Translations under genes and position numbers: made by a program
Notes under the pieces: model-generated
What the model saw: the letters and a program-made list of their open reading frames with translations, nothing else
Told to the model about the DNA's origin: nothing
The model's database searches: none
NCBI GenBank assembly: GCA_963816185.1
Contig: CAWFJJ010000024.1
Coordinates: 512,001 to 576,000 of the forward strand
Origin: Thermoanaerobaculia bacterium
GTDB taxonomy: Bacteria > Acidobacteriota > Thermoanaerobaculia > UBA5066
Reading direction: 5' to 3'
Length of the DNA stretch: 64,000 nt
In this document: in pieces, positions 41,367 to 53,409 of the stretch
Position numbering within the stretch: position 1 is the stretch's first letter
How the letters are laid out: the number at the start of each line of letters is the position of its first letter

Positions 41367-44300
41367 TCACCGCGTCGGGGCGGTCCCCGCCGGCACCGCT
41401 GTCAGCCCCGGTCCGGACACCACCTTCGGCGCTCCTCCCAGGACGATCCGCACCCGGTGTACGTTGCCGTCGTCCACGAGCGGTATCGCGGCGGGATCGG
41501 CGGGCGCTCCGTCGAGCTCGGCGCTCGACACGCCGCCGCCGCGACGGTTCGGATTCTCGACCGCGATCGTGTAACGGGTCTTTCCGAACCGCCATTCGAT
41601 GGAGTAGCCCGGCCACGACGAGGGGATGCACGGGTTCAGCGTGAAGAAGGCGCCCCGGCGCGTGAGCCCGAGGATCCCCTCCAGCCCCACGCGATACATC
41701 CAGGCGGCCGAGCCCGTGTACCAGGTCCATCCTCCGCGTCCGCGGTGTGATGGGTGGTCGTAGACGTCTCCCGCGACGGCGTAGGGCTCGGTCTTGTATT
41801 GCTCGGCCTCGGCGGCGGTTCGCGAGTGGTTGATCGGGTTGAGCATGTGGAAGAGCTCGACCGCCTCGTCGCCGTACCCGAGGCGCGCAAGGGCGAGGAC
41901 GACCCACTGGGCCGCGTGCGTGTACTGTCCGCCGTTCTCGCGGACTCCCGGGAGATAGCCCTTGATGTAGCCCGGGTCGAGGGCGGTGCGGTCGAAGGGG
42001 GGCGAGAGGAGAAGGATGACCTGCGAGGTGCGCCTGACGAGCTGCGCGCGCACCGCATCCATCGCACGCTCGGCGCGCTTCTTCGGCGCGGCGCCGGAGA
42101 GGACGGCCCAGGTCTGCGCCACCGAGTCGAGCCTGCCCTCGTCGTTCTGGGAGGACCCGAGCGGCGTACCGTCGTCGAAGTAGGCGCGCCGGTACCACTC
42201 GCCGTCCCAGCTCTGTTCGAGCATCGCTCCCAGGCGCGCGCGCTCGGCGCGATAGCGCGCGGCGCGCGGCGCGTCGCCCCGTTCGTCGCACAGCGGCGCG
42301 AAGGCGCCCAGGACCGAGTGAAGGAACCATCCGACGAAGACGCTCTCCCCGCGCCCCTCGGGTCCGACCCTGTTGTAGCCGTCGTTCCAGTCGCAGCTCC
42401 CGATCAGCGGCAGGCCGTGGGAGCCGGCGGTGAGTGCGCGCTCGATGGCCCGAACGCCGTGGTCGAAGAGTGCGCCCTCCTCCGCCGAGACGGTCGGCAG
42501 ACCGTACGCCTCCGCCTCTCCCGGTGGAACGGGGGGCGCTTCCAGGAAGCGAATCCGTTCGTCGAGGACCGCGGCGTCTCCGGTCGCGTTCACGTATTCG
42601 GCGAGGGCGTACGGGAGCCAGAGGAGGTCGTCCGAGCAGCGCGTGCGGATGCCGCGGCCGCTCGAGGCGTCCCACCAGTGCTGTACGTCGCCCTCGATGA
42701 ACTGGTGCGCCGCCGCCCGGAGGAGATGCTCGCGGGTCAGATCGGGCCGCGTGAACATGAGCGCCAGGACGTCCTGGAGCTGGTCGCGGAAGCCGTACGC
42801 CCCGCTCGGCTGGTAGTAACCGGAGCGCGCCCAGAGGCGGCAGGCGAGGTCCTGGTAGAGGAGCCACCGGTTCACGAGCAGGTCGAAGGAGTCGTCGGGG
42901 GTCGACACGTGAACGGAGCCGAGCATCTCTTCCCAGAACGCCTCCACGGCGGCGAGCTCGGCGTCGGCCGCGGCGAGGCCGCCGGCTCCGGCGAACCTCT
43001 TGAGGAGCGCGCGGGCCTCGTCGAGGTCGCGCCCCTGGCCGAGGAGGAAGACGACGCGCCGCGTCTCGCCCGGCAGAAGGTCCACGGACACCTGCAACGC
43101 CGCGCACGGGTCGAGGCCGGCGCCGAAGCGGCCAGAGAGCTTCCTTCGGGTGAGCGCGGCCGCGCGTTGGAGCGAGCCGTTGCGGCCCAGGAACTCCTGG
43201 CGGTCGCCGGTGGCCGAGAGAAGCGCCTCGCCGGCGCCCGCGAAAGCGACGCGGCCGCTGAAGACCTCGTTGTAGGGATTGCGCGCCAGGACCGCGCCCG
43301 TCTCGCCGTCGCGTTCCGTCAGGACGAAGCGCGAAACGCCCGGCTTCGGGGGCCCGAGAGACCACTCGTTGTACGCGAAGAGGTCGAGTCGGCGAGGCCG
43401 ATTCGAGCGGTTCGTCAACGTCAGGAGCGACACCTTGACCGGCTTCTCCCGCGCCACGAAGACGGCCAGCTCCTGCGCGATGCCGCGCGTGGCGCTCTCC
43501 CAGCGCGTCACGCCCGGCGCGTGGCGCACCACCCAGCGCGGTGAGCGCGACGTCCGCCTGAGAGGCGCCGGCGTGGCGCCCCAGCAGGCGCCGCTCTCCG
43601 CGTCGCGCAGGAAGATGGCTTCCGCGGTCGGGTCGGTGACCGGGTCGTTCGCGAAAGGCGTGAGGCGGTTCTCGCGGCTGTTCTCGCACCACGTGTGGGC
43701 CGCGCCCGAGCTGGTGACGATGCTTCCGAAGGTCGGGTTCGCGAGGACGTTGACCCAGGGCAGCGGAGTCTCCCGATCGCCCTCGAGAACGACGACGTAC
43801 TCGCGGCCGTCGCGCGTGAAGCCACCGAGCCCGTTCTCCATGACGAGAGCCGGCGGCTCGACCGGCGGCTCCGGCGGCTCGTCGGGTCGAGGCTCGTAAG
43901 GCACGGCGGTGACACCGAGCGGAGGCTCCGGCTCCGGGCGGTCCAGCTGCTCCGCGAGCTCGCCGCGTTCGCCGGAGAGGACCGCACGGGCGACCGTATT
44001 GAGGAGAAACCGCTCGGCGTCGGGCATCGCGTCGCCCCGGAGAAGGAAGACCCCGCCGGATTTCCCCTTCCATGCGCCCCAGGCGCCGCCCTCGACGAGC
44101 TCGACGAGCTGCTGGTGCATCTCGTCGCGGTAGCTCGCGGGGTGCTCGTTCAGGATCACGGCGTCCGCTTTCAGCCCCTTGAGGCGCCAGAGCTCCTGCG
44201 CCATGAGGACGTGCCGCACGAGCGGCAGGTCGTCCGGCTCGGTCACGCGGACCAGGACGATCGGGAGGTCGCCGGAGATGCCGTTCCCCCAGAGGCCGGC

Positions 44301-47300
44301 CTGGCCCAGCGTGCTCTTCTCCAAAAGCTCCTTTTCGGCGCGCAGCGAGGCGTCGGAGAAGAAGACGCGGGAGCCAAGCCGCTCGAAGAGCTGGGCCTCC
44401 TCGACCGAGATCCCCAGGTGCCGGAGCGACACCTGCGCGTGCGTGTAGGCCAGCGCGAACGTGCGGGCGGCGACGCCGGGGTCGTGATACTTCTGCGCCA
44501 GATCGCGCGCGGCGGTCTCGTCCGCCGCGACGCCCGTCGCGAGGGAAAGGCGCGCGAAGGCGCCGGGCGCGAGCCGCAGCCGCGTCCTCAGGCTGAGGAT
44601 CGGGTCCAGCACGGCGCCCGTGGTGCCGGAGAGCGCGCGCCCATCGAGGGCGACGGGATCGTCGGGACCGCGCCCGCGTCCCAGGAATCGCATCCGGTCC
44701 GTCTCCCACTCGACCGGCGCCTGCATCCGCCCGTCGATGGACAGGACGTGAAAAGCGTAGACCGCCGGGTCGTCCGCGCTGCGCGGGCGGCGCCGAGCGA
44801 GAAGGGCCGTGCTCTCTTGCACCCACTCGGTCTCGATGAAGAGCTTCCCGAAGGCGGGATGCGCGACGTCTTCGGCGATGGTCCCCAAAGCGATCTCGAC
44901 GTAGCTCGTCAGCTCGATCTCGCGCGGCCGGTCGCTCTGATTCGTGACGGAGAGCCGCCGCACCTCGGCGTCGTCCTCCGGCGAGACGGCGATCTCGAGG
45001 CGAGTCTCGATGCCGTGATCGCGTCGCTGGATGACGGCCTTCTCGGGCAGGAGCTCCACGAGATAGTCCTCCGGCTCGACGCCGACGGGTTGATAGGCCG
45101 TGGACCAGACCGCGCCGCCGTGGACGTCGCGCAGGTAGACGAACTGACTGCCCGGGTCGCGCGTGGGGTCCTCGCGCCATCGCGTGACGGCGCGCCCCCG
45201 GCAGAAGCTCGCTCCGCCGCCGGCGTTCGTCACGATCGCGACATAGGCGCCGTTCGACAGGATCTGCGCGCGTGGGTACGGCGTGTGCGGCGAGCGGAGG
45301 CGGCGCGGGGCGCGAGCGAGCGGGGGAGCCGCGTGGGTCAGCTCGGCGGGGCGCGGCTGGATGACGGGAGCCTCGCGTGGCATCCGCTCCTGCAGGAGGA
45401 GCTCGGTCGCCTGAATCCTCGGGTCCGCGTGGAACCGGTCGACCATGATGTCGCGAAGAAGGACGTTCGCGAGGGCGACGAGCGTCATCCCCTGGTGGAG
45501 CGCAAGGTACGTCTTGACGACCACGCCCGCGTTTTCATCGGCGCCGCGCGGCACCTCGGGCCCCGCGCTTACACCAGCTCCGCCGTCGTCCGGCCGCCGG
45601 GGCGTGTAGTCGACGGCATCGTAATAGCCGAACCGTCCCTCGGCCCCCTCACCCGCCAGGCGCCTCAGGTTCCGCGCGGCCTCGGCCGGATTCACCATCG
45701 CGGCGAGGGCGGTCGCGTATGGCGCGACCACGAGCTCATCGGCCAGCCCGCGCTTCAGCCCGAGGCCCGGAACACCGAAGGCCTTGTACTGGTAGTTCCC
45801 GAGCCGGTCGACGAGGTTGAACGCCGATTCGGAGATGCCCCAGGGAACGCCGCGGTCGCGGGCGTACTGGCGCTGCCGCCGTACCGCCATGCGACACGTC
45901 TGGTCGAGGAGCGTCCCGGGATACGTCCTCATCAGAAGGAGCGGCATCAGGTACTCGAACATCGACGCGCTCCACGAGACGAGCGTCGGGACGCCGTCCA
46001 CGCTCACGACGAGCCGCCCGAGGTGGAACCAGTGGCTCTGCCGCACGTCCCCCTTGGCGATCGCGAAGAAGCTCGCCAGGCGCGCCTCGGAGGCGAGGAG
46101 GTCGTAATAGGAGCTGTCCAACCGGCCTGGCCCCAATGCATCGGCCAGCCGGTAGCCGATCGAGAAGAGCTGGCGTTCGCGGTCGTAGAGAAACCCGAAG
46201 CTCATTCCATCGGCGAAGGTCATGGCGCGCCGGGCAAGGTCGAAGAGGCGGGTTGCAAGCTGCGGTTGCGACGCAGCGAGCCGCCGGCACCCCTCGGCCA
46301 GCGCGAGCAGCGCCCCCGCGAGGTTGCCGCTGTCCACCGTGGAGACGTAGCGCGGAAAGAGCGGCGAGAGGTTCTGCGTGTCGTACCAGTTCAGGAGATG
46401 CCCCTCGTGCCGCTCCAGCCCTTCGACGGTCGTCAGCGTGCGCTCCAGCCTCTCGAGCATGGCGTCTGCCGGCAAGAACCCCAGATCGTGCGCCGCGAGG
46501 GTGGAAAGAAGGCCCATCCCGATGTTGGTCGGCGAGGTCCGGTGCGTCACGACGGGGGTGGCCTCTTCCTGGACGTTGTCGGGAGGCAGCCCGTGATCCT
46601 CGGGGCCTGCCAGCGTCTCGAAGTAGCGCCAGGTCTTTCGCGCCAGGGCGAGGAGGAGCTCGCGATCCGCAGGCGACAGTTCGCGCCGCCGCGGCGCGGC
46701 CGGTTGGCTCAGCCAGTAGGCCAGGAAGGGCGCGATCGCCCAGAGGGCGCCGAACAGCAGGGCAAGGGGGAACGCACGGGGACGGGCCGCTGCGGTGAGA
46801 GCCACGAGAACGGCGGCGGCGATCGGGCTCGCGGCCATTTCCACCAGGAACGAGCGGACCCCGTCGCGCAGGAGGCCTGCGGCCCGAGCGGCCTGCGCGG
46901 CGGCGGTCTCCCAGTCCAGCAGGCGGCGCTGCGTGATGACGAGCCTCACGAGAGTCAGGGCGATGGCATGCACCATCTCCCAGGCGTGATACGGGAGAAA
47001 CACGAGCGTCAGGAATGCCTGCGCGGAAGCCGTGCTCAGATCCTCGAGAAGGCCCCGCAGGTGGACGCGGGCGGGCTCGAACGCAGGCGGCCGCTTCAGC
47101 AGGTGGAAAAGAGAGGTGAGGAGCGGAAACGAAACGACTGAAAGTCCCGCCAGCGTCCATGCGAGCGGGTTTCCGGGCAGGATGGTCCAGGCTGCCGCAA
47201 AGAGAGCGAGGAGAGACGGCGCCACCAGACTTCTTCGCAGGTTGTCCAGGATCTTCCACTGGCTGATGAGCGGCAGGCGATTCTTCGCGAAGCCCTTCGA

Positions 47301-49637
47301 AGTCGGGACCATGGGCAGAAGCCAGGCGAGGATCTGCCAGTCGCCGCGCACCCAGCGCTCCTGCCGCCGCGCGTGCGCGAGGAGGTTCGCGGGATAGTCG
47401 TCCACCACCTCCACGTCGGAGACGAGCGCGGTCCGCGCGTGCAGACCCTCGAAGAGGTCGTGCGAGAGGAGCGCGTTCTCGGGGACGCGCCCGTCCACGG
47501 CCGCGCGAAAGGCGTCCACGTCGTAGAGTCCCTTGCCGGTGAAGACGCCCTCGCCGAACAGGTCCTGGTACGTGTCGGAGACGGCCGTCGTGTATGGGTC
47601 GACGCCCGTGTGCCCGGCGTACACCCGCGCAAAGAGCGATCCGGCGGCGCTCGCGAGCGTGATGCTGACGCGCGGCTGGAGGATGCCGTATCCCTCCGTC
47701 ACCCGTCCGACGGACGGGTCGAAGACGGGTTTGTTCAGCGGGTGAGAGAGGATTCCGATCAGCGTCTGCGCGGCGCCCCTCGGAAGCCGCGAGTCCGCGT
47801 CGAGCGTGAGGACGTAGCGCACCGACGGCAGGATCGACAGCTCTCCCTGCCGCACCTTGAAGCCGGTGTCGCTCGCGTCGCGGAGGAGCCTGTTCAGCTC
47901 CTCGAGCTTGCCCCGCTTCCTCTCCCAGCCCATGAACACGCCCTCTTTCGGGTTCCAGAGGCGTTCGCGGTGGAAGAGGAAGAAGCGGTCTTTCGCGTCG
48001 GGCGCGTGGCGGCGGTTGAGGTCCTCGATTCCAGCGGTGGCGGCGGCCAGGATCTCCTCGTCGCCCTCCATCGTCTCCGCGGGCGCGTCCTTGAAATCGC
48101 CGAGGATCGCGAAGTGGATGTGCGGGTCGAGGTTGCCGAGCGCCTGCACCTCGAGGTGCTCCAGAAGAGCCTCGACGCCCTTCACGCTTCCGAGCAGCGC
48201 CGGCACGACCACCATCGTGCGGGCGCTCTCGGGGACGCCCTCGATGAGATCGAGGCGGGACAGCCGCCGCGGCGGCACGAGCGCGGCGACGAGGCGCTGG
48301 ACGATGAGCACCGCGAGCTCGCTCGCGGGGATCGTCGCGAGAAGCGCCGCGACTGTCGCCATCTCGGGAGCGCCGGAGGCGCCGTCGTACTTGATCGCCG
48401 CGTAGACGACGAGGCCGGTGAGGAGGCCGATACCGCCCAGGTACGCCGCCGTCGCGTGGGAGAAGGCGAACCGGCGGAGCCTTTGGCCGAGCCGCGGGGT
48501 GTACGCGACGTCGATCTCCAGGCCCGGCCGGCCCGGGCCGATCAGGTGATGGCCGACGTGGGCGGTTCTCTCGCCGATCCCGTTCTGCTCCGCCGCCTGG
48601 CGCGCGCTTTCGACGGCGCGCAGGGCGACGCGTACCTGCGCCTCACCGGTGGGCTCGGCGAGCTCCTCCACGGCCTGGCGGTAGCGATCGCGGCTCTGGA
48701 AATCCATGCGCGTGTAGACCGCCGCCGGATCGCGCCGCAGGATCTGCTCCACCAGGCTGACCCGCTCCACGTAGCGGCTCCAGTCGAGCGTGGCGCAGAG
48801 CCGCAGGCTCGTGATCGTATTGCCGGTCGAGGCCTGGTCGGTGGCCTGGCGCTGGTACTCGGCGCGCACGGCGTCCTCGGACGTCGGACCTCCCGCGGGG
48901 AACGCCTTCTCCATCTGGGCATGGAGCGAGGAGACCCGCGGGTCGGACTCGCGCATCCGTTGCCGGAGCTGCGCGACGAAGGCGCTGTGAAGCGGCTCGG
49001 GGAGCGGCTCGGGAGGGCCGCCGCCAGCCACCCGCTCGAGCGCGGCGTCCGCCTCCCGCCTGGCGGCTCTTCCGGACAGGATCCCCGCCGCCAGGATCCG
49101 CAGGTTTTCCAGGAGCGCGAGCTTGAGCATGCTGGGCCACGCCCAGAGCTCGCCGATCGTCAGCGGAGCCACGGTCTGATAGGCGAGGACGAAGCGCGTG
49201 AGCCTCTCCGCGTCGAGCCGCCCGTCGCCGTGCCGGATCAGCTCCAGCGCCATCGCGTGGATGCGGGCCTTGCCCGAGAGCTCGCGCGCCGCGAGCTTGG
49301 GGAGCTTCTGGTAGTACCGGGAGGGGAGGTCGTGGCGCACGGCGCGCGCTTCCGACTCGACGAGGTGAAAGTTGTCGAGGAGCCACTCCGCCGCCGGATC
49401 GACGGCGTCGCCCCGGCGGACGTCGCCGGCCAGGAGCCGGTAGGCCTCGCGAAGGACCCGGAGGTTCGCGTCCAGCCGCGTCCGGATGTCGTGCCCGCCC
49501 GCCCGCGAGTCTCGCGCCAACGTGAAGACGCCGGCCAGGGTCTTCGCGCGCTCCTCGAGGCTCTCGAGGCCCAGGATCTCGCCCCTGAGCGGCGCTTCTT
49601 CCTCGGGGCGGCGCCGCCCGAACAGGGATCGCATCAT
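41367..49637 (-). CDS. ndvB: Cyclic beta-1,2-glucan synthase (Cgs/NdvB: GT84 plus GH94)
   Basis: [69 protein letters not shown]. Confidence 0.95.
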   Translation of the reverse strand: MMRSLFGRRRPEEEAPLRGEILGLESLEERAKTLAGVFTLARDSRAGGHDIRTRLDANLRVLREAYRLLAGDVRRGDAVDPAAEWLLDNFHLVESEARAVRHDLPSRYYQKLPKLAARELSGKARIHAMALELIRHGDGRLDAERLTRFVLAYQTVAPLTIGELWAWPSMLKLALLENLRILAAGILSGRAARREADAALERVAGGGPPEPLPEPLHSAFVAQLRQRMRESDPRVSSLHAQMEKAFPAGGPTSEDAVRAEYQRQATDQASTGNTITSLRLCATLDWSRYVERVSLVEQILRRDPAAVYTRMDFQSRDRYRQAVEELAEPTGEAQVRVALRAVESARQAAEQNGIGERTAHVGHHLIGPGRPGLEIDVAYTPRLGQRLRRFAFSHATAAYLGGIGLLTGLVVYAAIKYDGASGAPEMATVAALLATIPASELAVLIVQRLVAALVPPRRLSRLDLIEGVPESARTMVVVPALLGSVKGVEALLEHLEVQALGNLDPHIHFAILGDFKDAPAETMEGDEEILAAATAGIEDLNRRHAPDAKDRFFLFHRERLWNPKEGVFMGWERKRGKLEELNRLLRDASDTGFKVRQGELSILPSVRYVLTLDADSRLPRGAAQTLIGILSHPLNKPVFDPSVGRVTEGYGILQPRVSITLASAAGSLFARVYAGHTGVDPYTTAVSDTYQDLFGEGVFTGKGLYDVDAFRAAVDGRVPENALLSHDLFEGLHARTALVSDVEVVDDYPANLLAHARRQERWVRGDWQILAWLLPMVPTSKGFAKNRLPLISQWKILDNLRRSLVAPSLLALFAAAWTILPGNPLAWTLAGLSVVSFPLLTSLFHLLKRPPAFEPARVHLRGLLEDLSTASAQAFLTLVFLPYHAWEMVHAIALTLVRLVITQRRLLDWETAAAQAARAAGLLRDGVRSFLVEMAASPIAAAVLVALTAAARPRAFPLALLFGALWAIAPFLAYWLSQPAAPRRRELSPADRELLLALARKTWRYFETLAGPEDHGLPPDNVQEEATPVVTHRTSPTNIGMGLLSTLAAHDLGFLPADAMLERLERTLTTVEGLERHEGHLLNWYDTQNLSPLFPRYVSTVDSGNLAGALLALAEGCRRLAASQPQLATRLFDLARRAMTFADGMSFGFLYDRERQLFSIGYRLADALGPGRLDSSYYDLLASEARLASFFAIAKGDVRQSHWFHLGRLVVSVDGVPTLVSWSASMFEYLMPLLLMRTYPGTLLDQTCRMAVRRQRQYARDRGVPWGISESAFNLVDRLGNYQYKAFGVPGLGLKRGLADELVVAPYATALAAMVNPAEAARNLRRLAGEGAEGRFGYYDAVDYTPRRPDDGGAGVSAGPEVPRGADENAGVVVKTYLALHQGMTLVALANVLLRDIMVDRFHADPRIQATELLLQERMPREAPVIQPRPAELTHAAPPLARAPRRLRSPHTPYPRAQILSNGAYVAIVTNAGGGASFCRGRAVTRWREDPTRDPGSQFVYLRDVHGGAVWSTAYQPVGVEPEDYLVELLPEKAVIQRRDHGIETRLEIAVSPEDDAEVRRLSVTNQSDRPREIELTSYVEIALGTIAEDVAHPAFGKLFIETEWVQESTALLARRRPRSADDPAVYAFHVLSIDGRMQAPVEWETDRMRFLGRGRGPDDPVALDGRALSGTTGAVLDPILSLRTRLRLAPGAFARLSLATGVAADETAARDLAQKYHDPGVAARTFALAYTHAQVSLRHLGISVEEAQLFERLGSRVFFSDASLRAEKELLEKSTLGQAGLWGNGISGDLPIVLVRVTEPDDLPLVRHVLMAQELWRLKGLKADAVILNEHPASYRDEMHQQLVELVEGGAWGAWKGKSGGVFLLRGDAMPDAERFLLNTVARAVLSGERGELAEQLDRPEPEPPLGVTAVPYEPRPDEPPEPPVEPPALVMENGLGGFTRDGREYVVVLEGDRETPLPWVNVLANPTFGSIVTSSGAAHTWCENSRENRLTPFANDPVTDPTAEAIFLRDAESGACWGATPAPLRRTSRSPRWVVRHAPGVTRWESATRGIAQELAVFVAREKPVKVSLLTLTNRSNRPRRLDLFAYNEWSLGPPKPGVSRFVLTERDGETGAVLARNPYNEVFSGRVAFAGAGEALLSATGDRQEFLGRNGSLQRAAALTRRKLSGRFGAGLDPCAALQVSVDLLPGETRRVVFLLGQGRDLDEARALLKRFAGAGGLAAADAELAAVEAFWEEMLGSVHVSTPDDSFDLLVNRWLLYQDLACRLWARSGYYQPSGAYGFRDQLQDVLALMFTRPDLTREHLLRAAAHQFIEGDVQHWWDASSGRGIRTRCSDDLLWLPYALAEYVNATGDAAVLDERIRFLEAPPVPPGEAEAYGLPTVSAEEGALFDHGVRAIERALTAGSHGLPLIGSCDWNDGYNRVGPEGRGESVFVGWFLHSVLGAFAPLCDERGDAPRAARYRAERARLGAMLEQSWDGEWYRRAYFDDGTPLGSSQNDEGRLDSVAQTWAVLSGAAPKKRAERAMDAVRAQLVRRTSQVILLLSPPFDRTALDPGYIKGYLPGVRENGGQYTHAAQWVVLALARLGYGDEAVELFHMLNPINHSRTAAEAEQYKTEPYAVAGDVYDHPSHRGRGGWTWYTGSAAWMYRVGLEGILGLTRRGAFFTLNPCIPSSWPGYSIEWRFGKTRYTIAVENPNRRGGGVSSAELDGAPADPAAIPLVDDGNVHRVRIVLGGAPKVVSGPGLTAVPAGTAPTR

Positions 49638-49660
49638 GGGTAATCGTAAACCCGCCAGGA

Positions 49661-50302
49661 TCAGTGCGGCTCCTCAAGGACAGAGAGCTGAGCTCGCACG
49701 ATGAACCGGTTCGGTGCGTGCCCGATCCACCCGAAGGGATAGCACGTCACGAGCGTGAGAACGGCGTCGCGGGTCGGGTCGAGAGGCCGCGTCTCCTCCG
49801 GCGCGACCACCTCGGTCGAGTTCACGAGGTACTCGTAGCTGCGGCCGGGTGTGCGGATCCGGATCGAGTCGTGGAGCCGTATATTCCGGAGCGCCCGGAA
49901 GAACGAGTCCCGATGCCCCGCGAGCGCCATGTTACCGACCTCGCCGGGTCGCGCCGTCCCGGGGATGTGCCCCACAGCGAGGCCGAGAGTCGTGTCGTCG
50001 TCCCCCTCCCGCACGATCGCCGAAATGCCGATCCGCGGAATCTCGATCCTGCCGAGGACGAGCGGATCCGCCTCGAGCGACGGCGGGGACTGCTCGCTGG
50101 CTGCCGACGCCGGAGAAGACTCGAGGCTGAACGTCGGCGCGGCGGCCCTTCTCTCCATATCGGAAAAGGCGCGCCCCTGGCGCGCCTGGTAGACGTGAGT
50201 GTTGACGATCGTCGCGAGGGCTCCGCCGAGGAGCGAGAGGCCGATGACGCAGAGGGCGATCGCGGCCCGGCGGAGCCATTGCACGACGCTGGACCTCGTC
50301 AA
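49661..50302 (-). CDS. Class D-type sortase
   Basis: N-terminal anchor, [14 protein letters not shown], downstream Arg. Confidence 0.93.
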   Translation of the reverse strand: MTRSSVVQWLRRAAIALCVIGLSLLGGALATIVNTHVYQARQGRAFSDMERRAAAPTFSLESSPASAASEQSPPSLEADPLVLGRIEIPRIGISAIVREGDDDTTLGLAVGHIPGTARPGEVGNMALAGHRDSFFRALRNIRLHDSIRIRTPGRSYEYLVNSTEVVAPEETRPLDPTRDAVLTLVTCYPFGWIGHAPNRFIVRAQLSVLEEPH

Positions 50303-51000
50303 GCCGCCCGGTTTGCGAACGTGCGGAGCGCGAAGGCCCCGCCAAGCGACAGCAGCCCGAGCGCGGCGAAGAGCGGAACATGGCTTGCCGTCTTCGGCAG
50401 CTGCTTCTCGGGACTAGCCTCAGCCACGGCGACTGGAGCCGGCCCCGGCGCCTTCTGAACCGCGACCGCGGGCGCCTCGTACGGCTTCACTTCCTGCTCC
50501 GGAGTCACGACGACGAGGGGCACGGTCTTGTATTCCGTTTCCTTCACCTCGTCCGGGATCGCGATCACGGGCTCCTTGGCCACGGCCGCGAGCTCCAGGG
50601 CACGCCGCTTCGGATAGATGATGTCCTGACCGTACGGTGTGTCGTGAGCGAACCAGGTCCGAAGCGCCTTCGGCTGGCCGGCGATGGCTGAGTAATAGAT
50701 GAAACGGCTCTCCGGAATCGCCTCGTCCGTTTTGATCACGTGCGGGGTGGCAAGGACGGTGGCGAAGACCTTCGATCCCATCTCATTCGTCACTTGCACG
50801 ACGTTCCGGTTGGACGAGAGCTCGACGACCTTGATTCGGTAGGTGCCGGGCTCTAGGACGGTACCGCCGACGTCCATCGGCTCCGTCAGGGTGAAGAGGC
50901 TCTTCTCCGTGTTGATTTGCGCGGTGGCGGCGGGCGTGTATGCGACCCCCAGGAATGCCGCAAAGGTGCCTAGCGCCAACCCTCTCACCAGGTTCTTCAT
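50299..51000 (-). CDS. Secreted protein with an LPXTG-like (LPKTA) sorting signal
   Basis: Signal peptide; C-terminal LPKTAS, TM helix and basic tail; overlaps the sortase start. Confidence 0.9.
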   Translation of the reverse strand: MKNLVRGLALGTFAAFLGVAYTPAATAQINTEKSLFTLTEPMDVGGTVLEPGTYRIKVVELSSNRNVVQVTNEMGSKVFATVLATPHVIKTDEAIPESRFIYYSAIAGQPKALRTWFAHDTPYGQDIIYPKRRALELAAVAKEPVIAIPDEVKETEYKTVPLVVVTPEQEVKPYEAPAVAVQKAPGPAPVAVAEASPEKQLPKTASHVPLFAALGLLSLGGAFALRTFANRAA

Positions 51001-51155
51001 CTCGATACCTCATCTTTCTCAAATTGTTGTTGCCGTAAGTCAGGTCGAGCTGCCGGAGACGGTCCGGCGACCGGTAGGCTCGAGCGGAGAGAGAGCCGAA
51101 GTCCCCTGGCGGAGGCCACAGGGCCACGTCGCAACCGATGCTTCCGCGGAGGTCG

Positions 51156-51305
51156 TCAGACCACTCTTCGTCCCTGGATGAGCTGGATCAGGATGACCAC
51201 GACGGCGACGACGAGCAGGACGTGAATGAGGCCGCCCATCGTCGTGGAGGTCACCATTCCAAGAACCCAGAGAACCAGAAGGATCAGGCAGATTGTCCAA
51301 AGCAT
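51156..51305 (-). CDS. lmo0937-family small membrane protein (49 aa; not in the ORF track)
   Basis: MLWTICLILLVLWVLGMVTSTTMGGLIHVLLVVAVVVILIQLIQGRRVV; AAGGA RBS. Confidence 0.9.
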   Translation of the reverse strand: MLWTICLILLVLWVLGMVTSTTMGGLIHVLLVVAVVVILIQLIQGRRVV

Positions 51306-51398
51306 GGTATTTCCTTTCTTCCGTCTTTCGTCCTTTCGGGTTCAGGCGAGGAGCGGCGGGGACGGACTCCCGCCGCGCCAGAAGATGAGTCGTGGATC

Positions 51399-51953
51399 TC
51401 AGTTGAGGAGGTTGATGACCTTCTTGACGCCCTTGATCGAACGGGTCTTTTCGATCGCCGCCTTCGCGGACTCGGGGTTGTCGAGCTTGCCGCGCAGGCT
51501 GACGACGCCGTCGACGACCTCGACCTCGATCTTGAGCGCGTTCTTGCCGATCTCGGTCAGAAGGATGCTCTTCACTTTCATCTCGAGCGCCACGTTCTTC
51601 ACCGAGGCCTCGCTGGCGGCCAACGGCCCAGCGGCGTCCTTCACGGTCACCTTGTTGTCGACTTTCTTGATCCCCTCGACCGAAAGGGCGACCTCCTCGG
51701 CGAGCGCCTGGCTGGGCGACTTGGCCACCTCACCGGTGAGGGTGGCCGTCTCTCCGGAGACAGAGACCGTGATCCGAAGGGCGTCGGCGCCTAGCTTGTC
51801 GATCAGCTTGGCCTTGACGTGGGTGGCACTGAGCGCCTCGGAGACCTCCGTCGAAATCGTCTCGGGCTTGTCCGCGGCGTTCATGGGCGACGCCGGAAGG
51901 AGCCATGCGAGGGAGAGGGCCGCCGCGAGGATCGGGACTGGGTTCTTTCTCAT
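51399..51953 (-). CDS. Dual-BON domain protein (OsmY-like)
   Basis: Signal peptide; two BON repeats (TLTGEV..SVEGIKKVDNKV; VSLRGKL..SIKGVKKVINLL). Confidence 0.9.
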   Translation of the reverse strand: MRKNPVPILAAALSLAWLLPASPMNAADKPETISTEVSEALSATHVKAKLIDKLGADALRITVSVSGETATLTGEVAKSPSQALAEEVALSVEGIKKVDNKVTVKDAAGPLAASEASVKNVALEMKVKSILLTEIGKNALKIEVEVVDGVVSLRGKLDNPESAKAAIEKTRSIKGVKKVINLLN

Positions 51954-51981
51954 TGTCTGAGTCTCCTGTCGAGCATCACAG

Positions 51982-51997
51982 TGCAATTCCACTGCCA
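51982..51997 (-). promoter_or_regulatory. Sigma54-type promoter
   Basis: TGGCAGTGGAATTGCA. Confidence 0.75.
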
Positions 51998-52043
51998 GAG
52001 AGCACGACCACACCGGCGCGATGGGGCCGAATCGTCCTTCCAT

Positions 52044-53267
52044 TCATTCCTCAACTGCGGCTTCGTCCTTCCTCCGGTCTGCCGAGATCTCGACGGCGAT
52101 GGCGGCGGCCTCCTCCGCGCCCACACCCTCCGTCCTGCGTTCGTACTCTTCCTCGCCGCGGTCGTCGGCTTCGCGCAGATCGGTGTCCATGGGCTGCTCC
52201 TGCTCACCGGGCAGCTCCACCCGCAGCTCCTCGATGAGCATCATCACCGCGGCCGCGACGGGCAGGGCGAGGAGCGCGCCGAGGATCCCCATCAGCGTTC
52301 CGCCCGCCAGGAGCGCGAACAGGACGACGGACGAGGGAAGGCGCAGCGCCCGGCCATAGATCCGGGGAACGAGCACGCGGCTCTCGAACTCCTCGTACGC
52401 CAGCATGAGGACGAGAACGACGACGGCAACGACCGGCCCACGCGCAAGAGCCGCGAGGACCGCCGGCGCCACCGAGAGAAGAGCCCCGATGTAGGGCAGC
52501 ACGTCCGCGAGGCCGGCGAACACCGCGAGCGCCAGGGCGTTCTCCACGCCGCACGCCGTCAGAAGCGCGAACGTGAAGATCGACATCAGCAGGGAGGTGA
52601 CCATCTGCCCACGGATGTACGAGCCGACGATCGTCTCGAGATTCATCATGATGCGGGAGAGCCGGACGTGGTGCGAGCGGGGGACGACGGCGAAGAGCCC
52701 CCCTCGGAGTCGGTCGCGGTCGATCATGATGTAGAGCCCGAGGAACAGGGCGCTCAACCCGTACGCGGCGGCGCCGAAGACGCGTATGGAGTAGGCGAAC
52801 ACAGTTGCACCGATAGTGCCCGTCGTCACGTCGTACTTGAGGCCGCGAAGCCAATTCGCGAGCGGGGCGCTCAGATGCGAGCCGGCGAGATGGTCCGCAA
52901 GGCGCGCGCGCAGCGCGGGCTCGTTCTCGAGAAGCGCCGTCGCCTGCGACACAAGAGTCGGGATCGTGAGGACGACGACGAGAAGCGCGAGGAGGAAGAA
53001 GACCGTGAACACGATCGCGATTCCGGCCCCGCGTCTCACGCGCTTTCCCTCGAGCCAGCGGACGACCGGGCTCAAGGTGCCGGCGACGAGGAGAGCGACG
53101 ACGAGCACGAGGAGGACGGGCCAGAGACGGATCAGCAGCCACACGGAGGCGCTGACGAGGACGAGCGCCACGATGGTCGCGGGGGATAGCTCGAAGCGCA
53201 CGTGACGCACTCGATCTCCGCCGACGGCGGGGAGTACCGGGGGCGCCGGCCGGGTGGCGTAAAGCAC
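52044..53267 (-). CDS. AI-2E family transporter
   Basis: Multi-TM, YIRGQ, LPYIG, VLVPRIYG, GILGALLALP. Confidence 0.9.
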   Translation of the reverse strand: MLYATRPAPPVLPAVGGDRVRHVRFELSPATIVALVLVSASVWLLIRLWPVLLVLVVALLVAGTLSPVVRWLEGKRVRRGAGIAIVFTVFFLLALLVVVLTIPTLVSQATALLENEPALRARLADHLAGSHLSAPLANWLRGLKYDVTTGTIGATVFAYSIRVFGAAAYGLSALFLGLYIMIDRDRLRGGLFAVVPRSHHVRLSRIMMNLETIVGSYIRGQMVTSLLMSIFTFALLTACGVENALALAVFAGLADVLPYIGALLSVAPAVLAALARGPVVAVVVLVLMLAYEEFESRVLVPRIYGRALRLPSSVVLFALLAGGTLMGILGALLALPVAAAVMMLIEELRVELPGEQEQPMDTDLREADDRGEEEYERRTEGVGAEEAAAIAVEISADRRKDEAAVEE

Positions 53268-53278
53268 GTAGTTCTCAG

Positions 53279-53294
53279 CGCAATCCTCTTGCCA
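53279..53294 (-). promoter_or_regulatory. Sigma54-type promoter
   Basis: TGGCAAGAGGATTGCG. Confidence 0.7.
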
Positions 53295-53409
53295 GCGCTG
53301 GACTGCGCAACCGGGCGAATTTGCTCCGCCTCAGGTCGGGGAGAATCCCATTGGTCGGCACGCTTTGCCGATCTCCTCGGAAAAACGTGCCGCTCTGGGT
53401 CGTGCTCGC

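Noticed and set aside
41350-49677. Very long alternate-frame and antisense ORFs over cgs (likewise over nuo and rnr/der)
   Set aside because: Arg/Pro/Ala-rich shadow frames expected in high-GC DNA; no motifs
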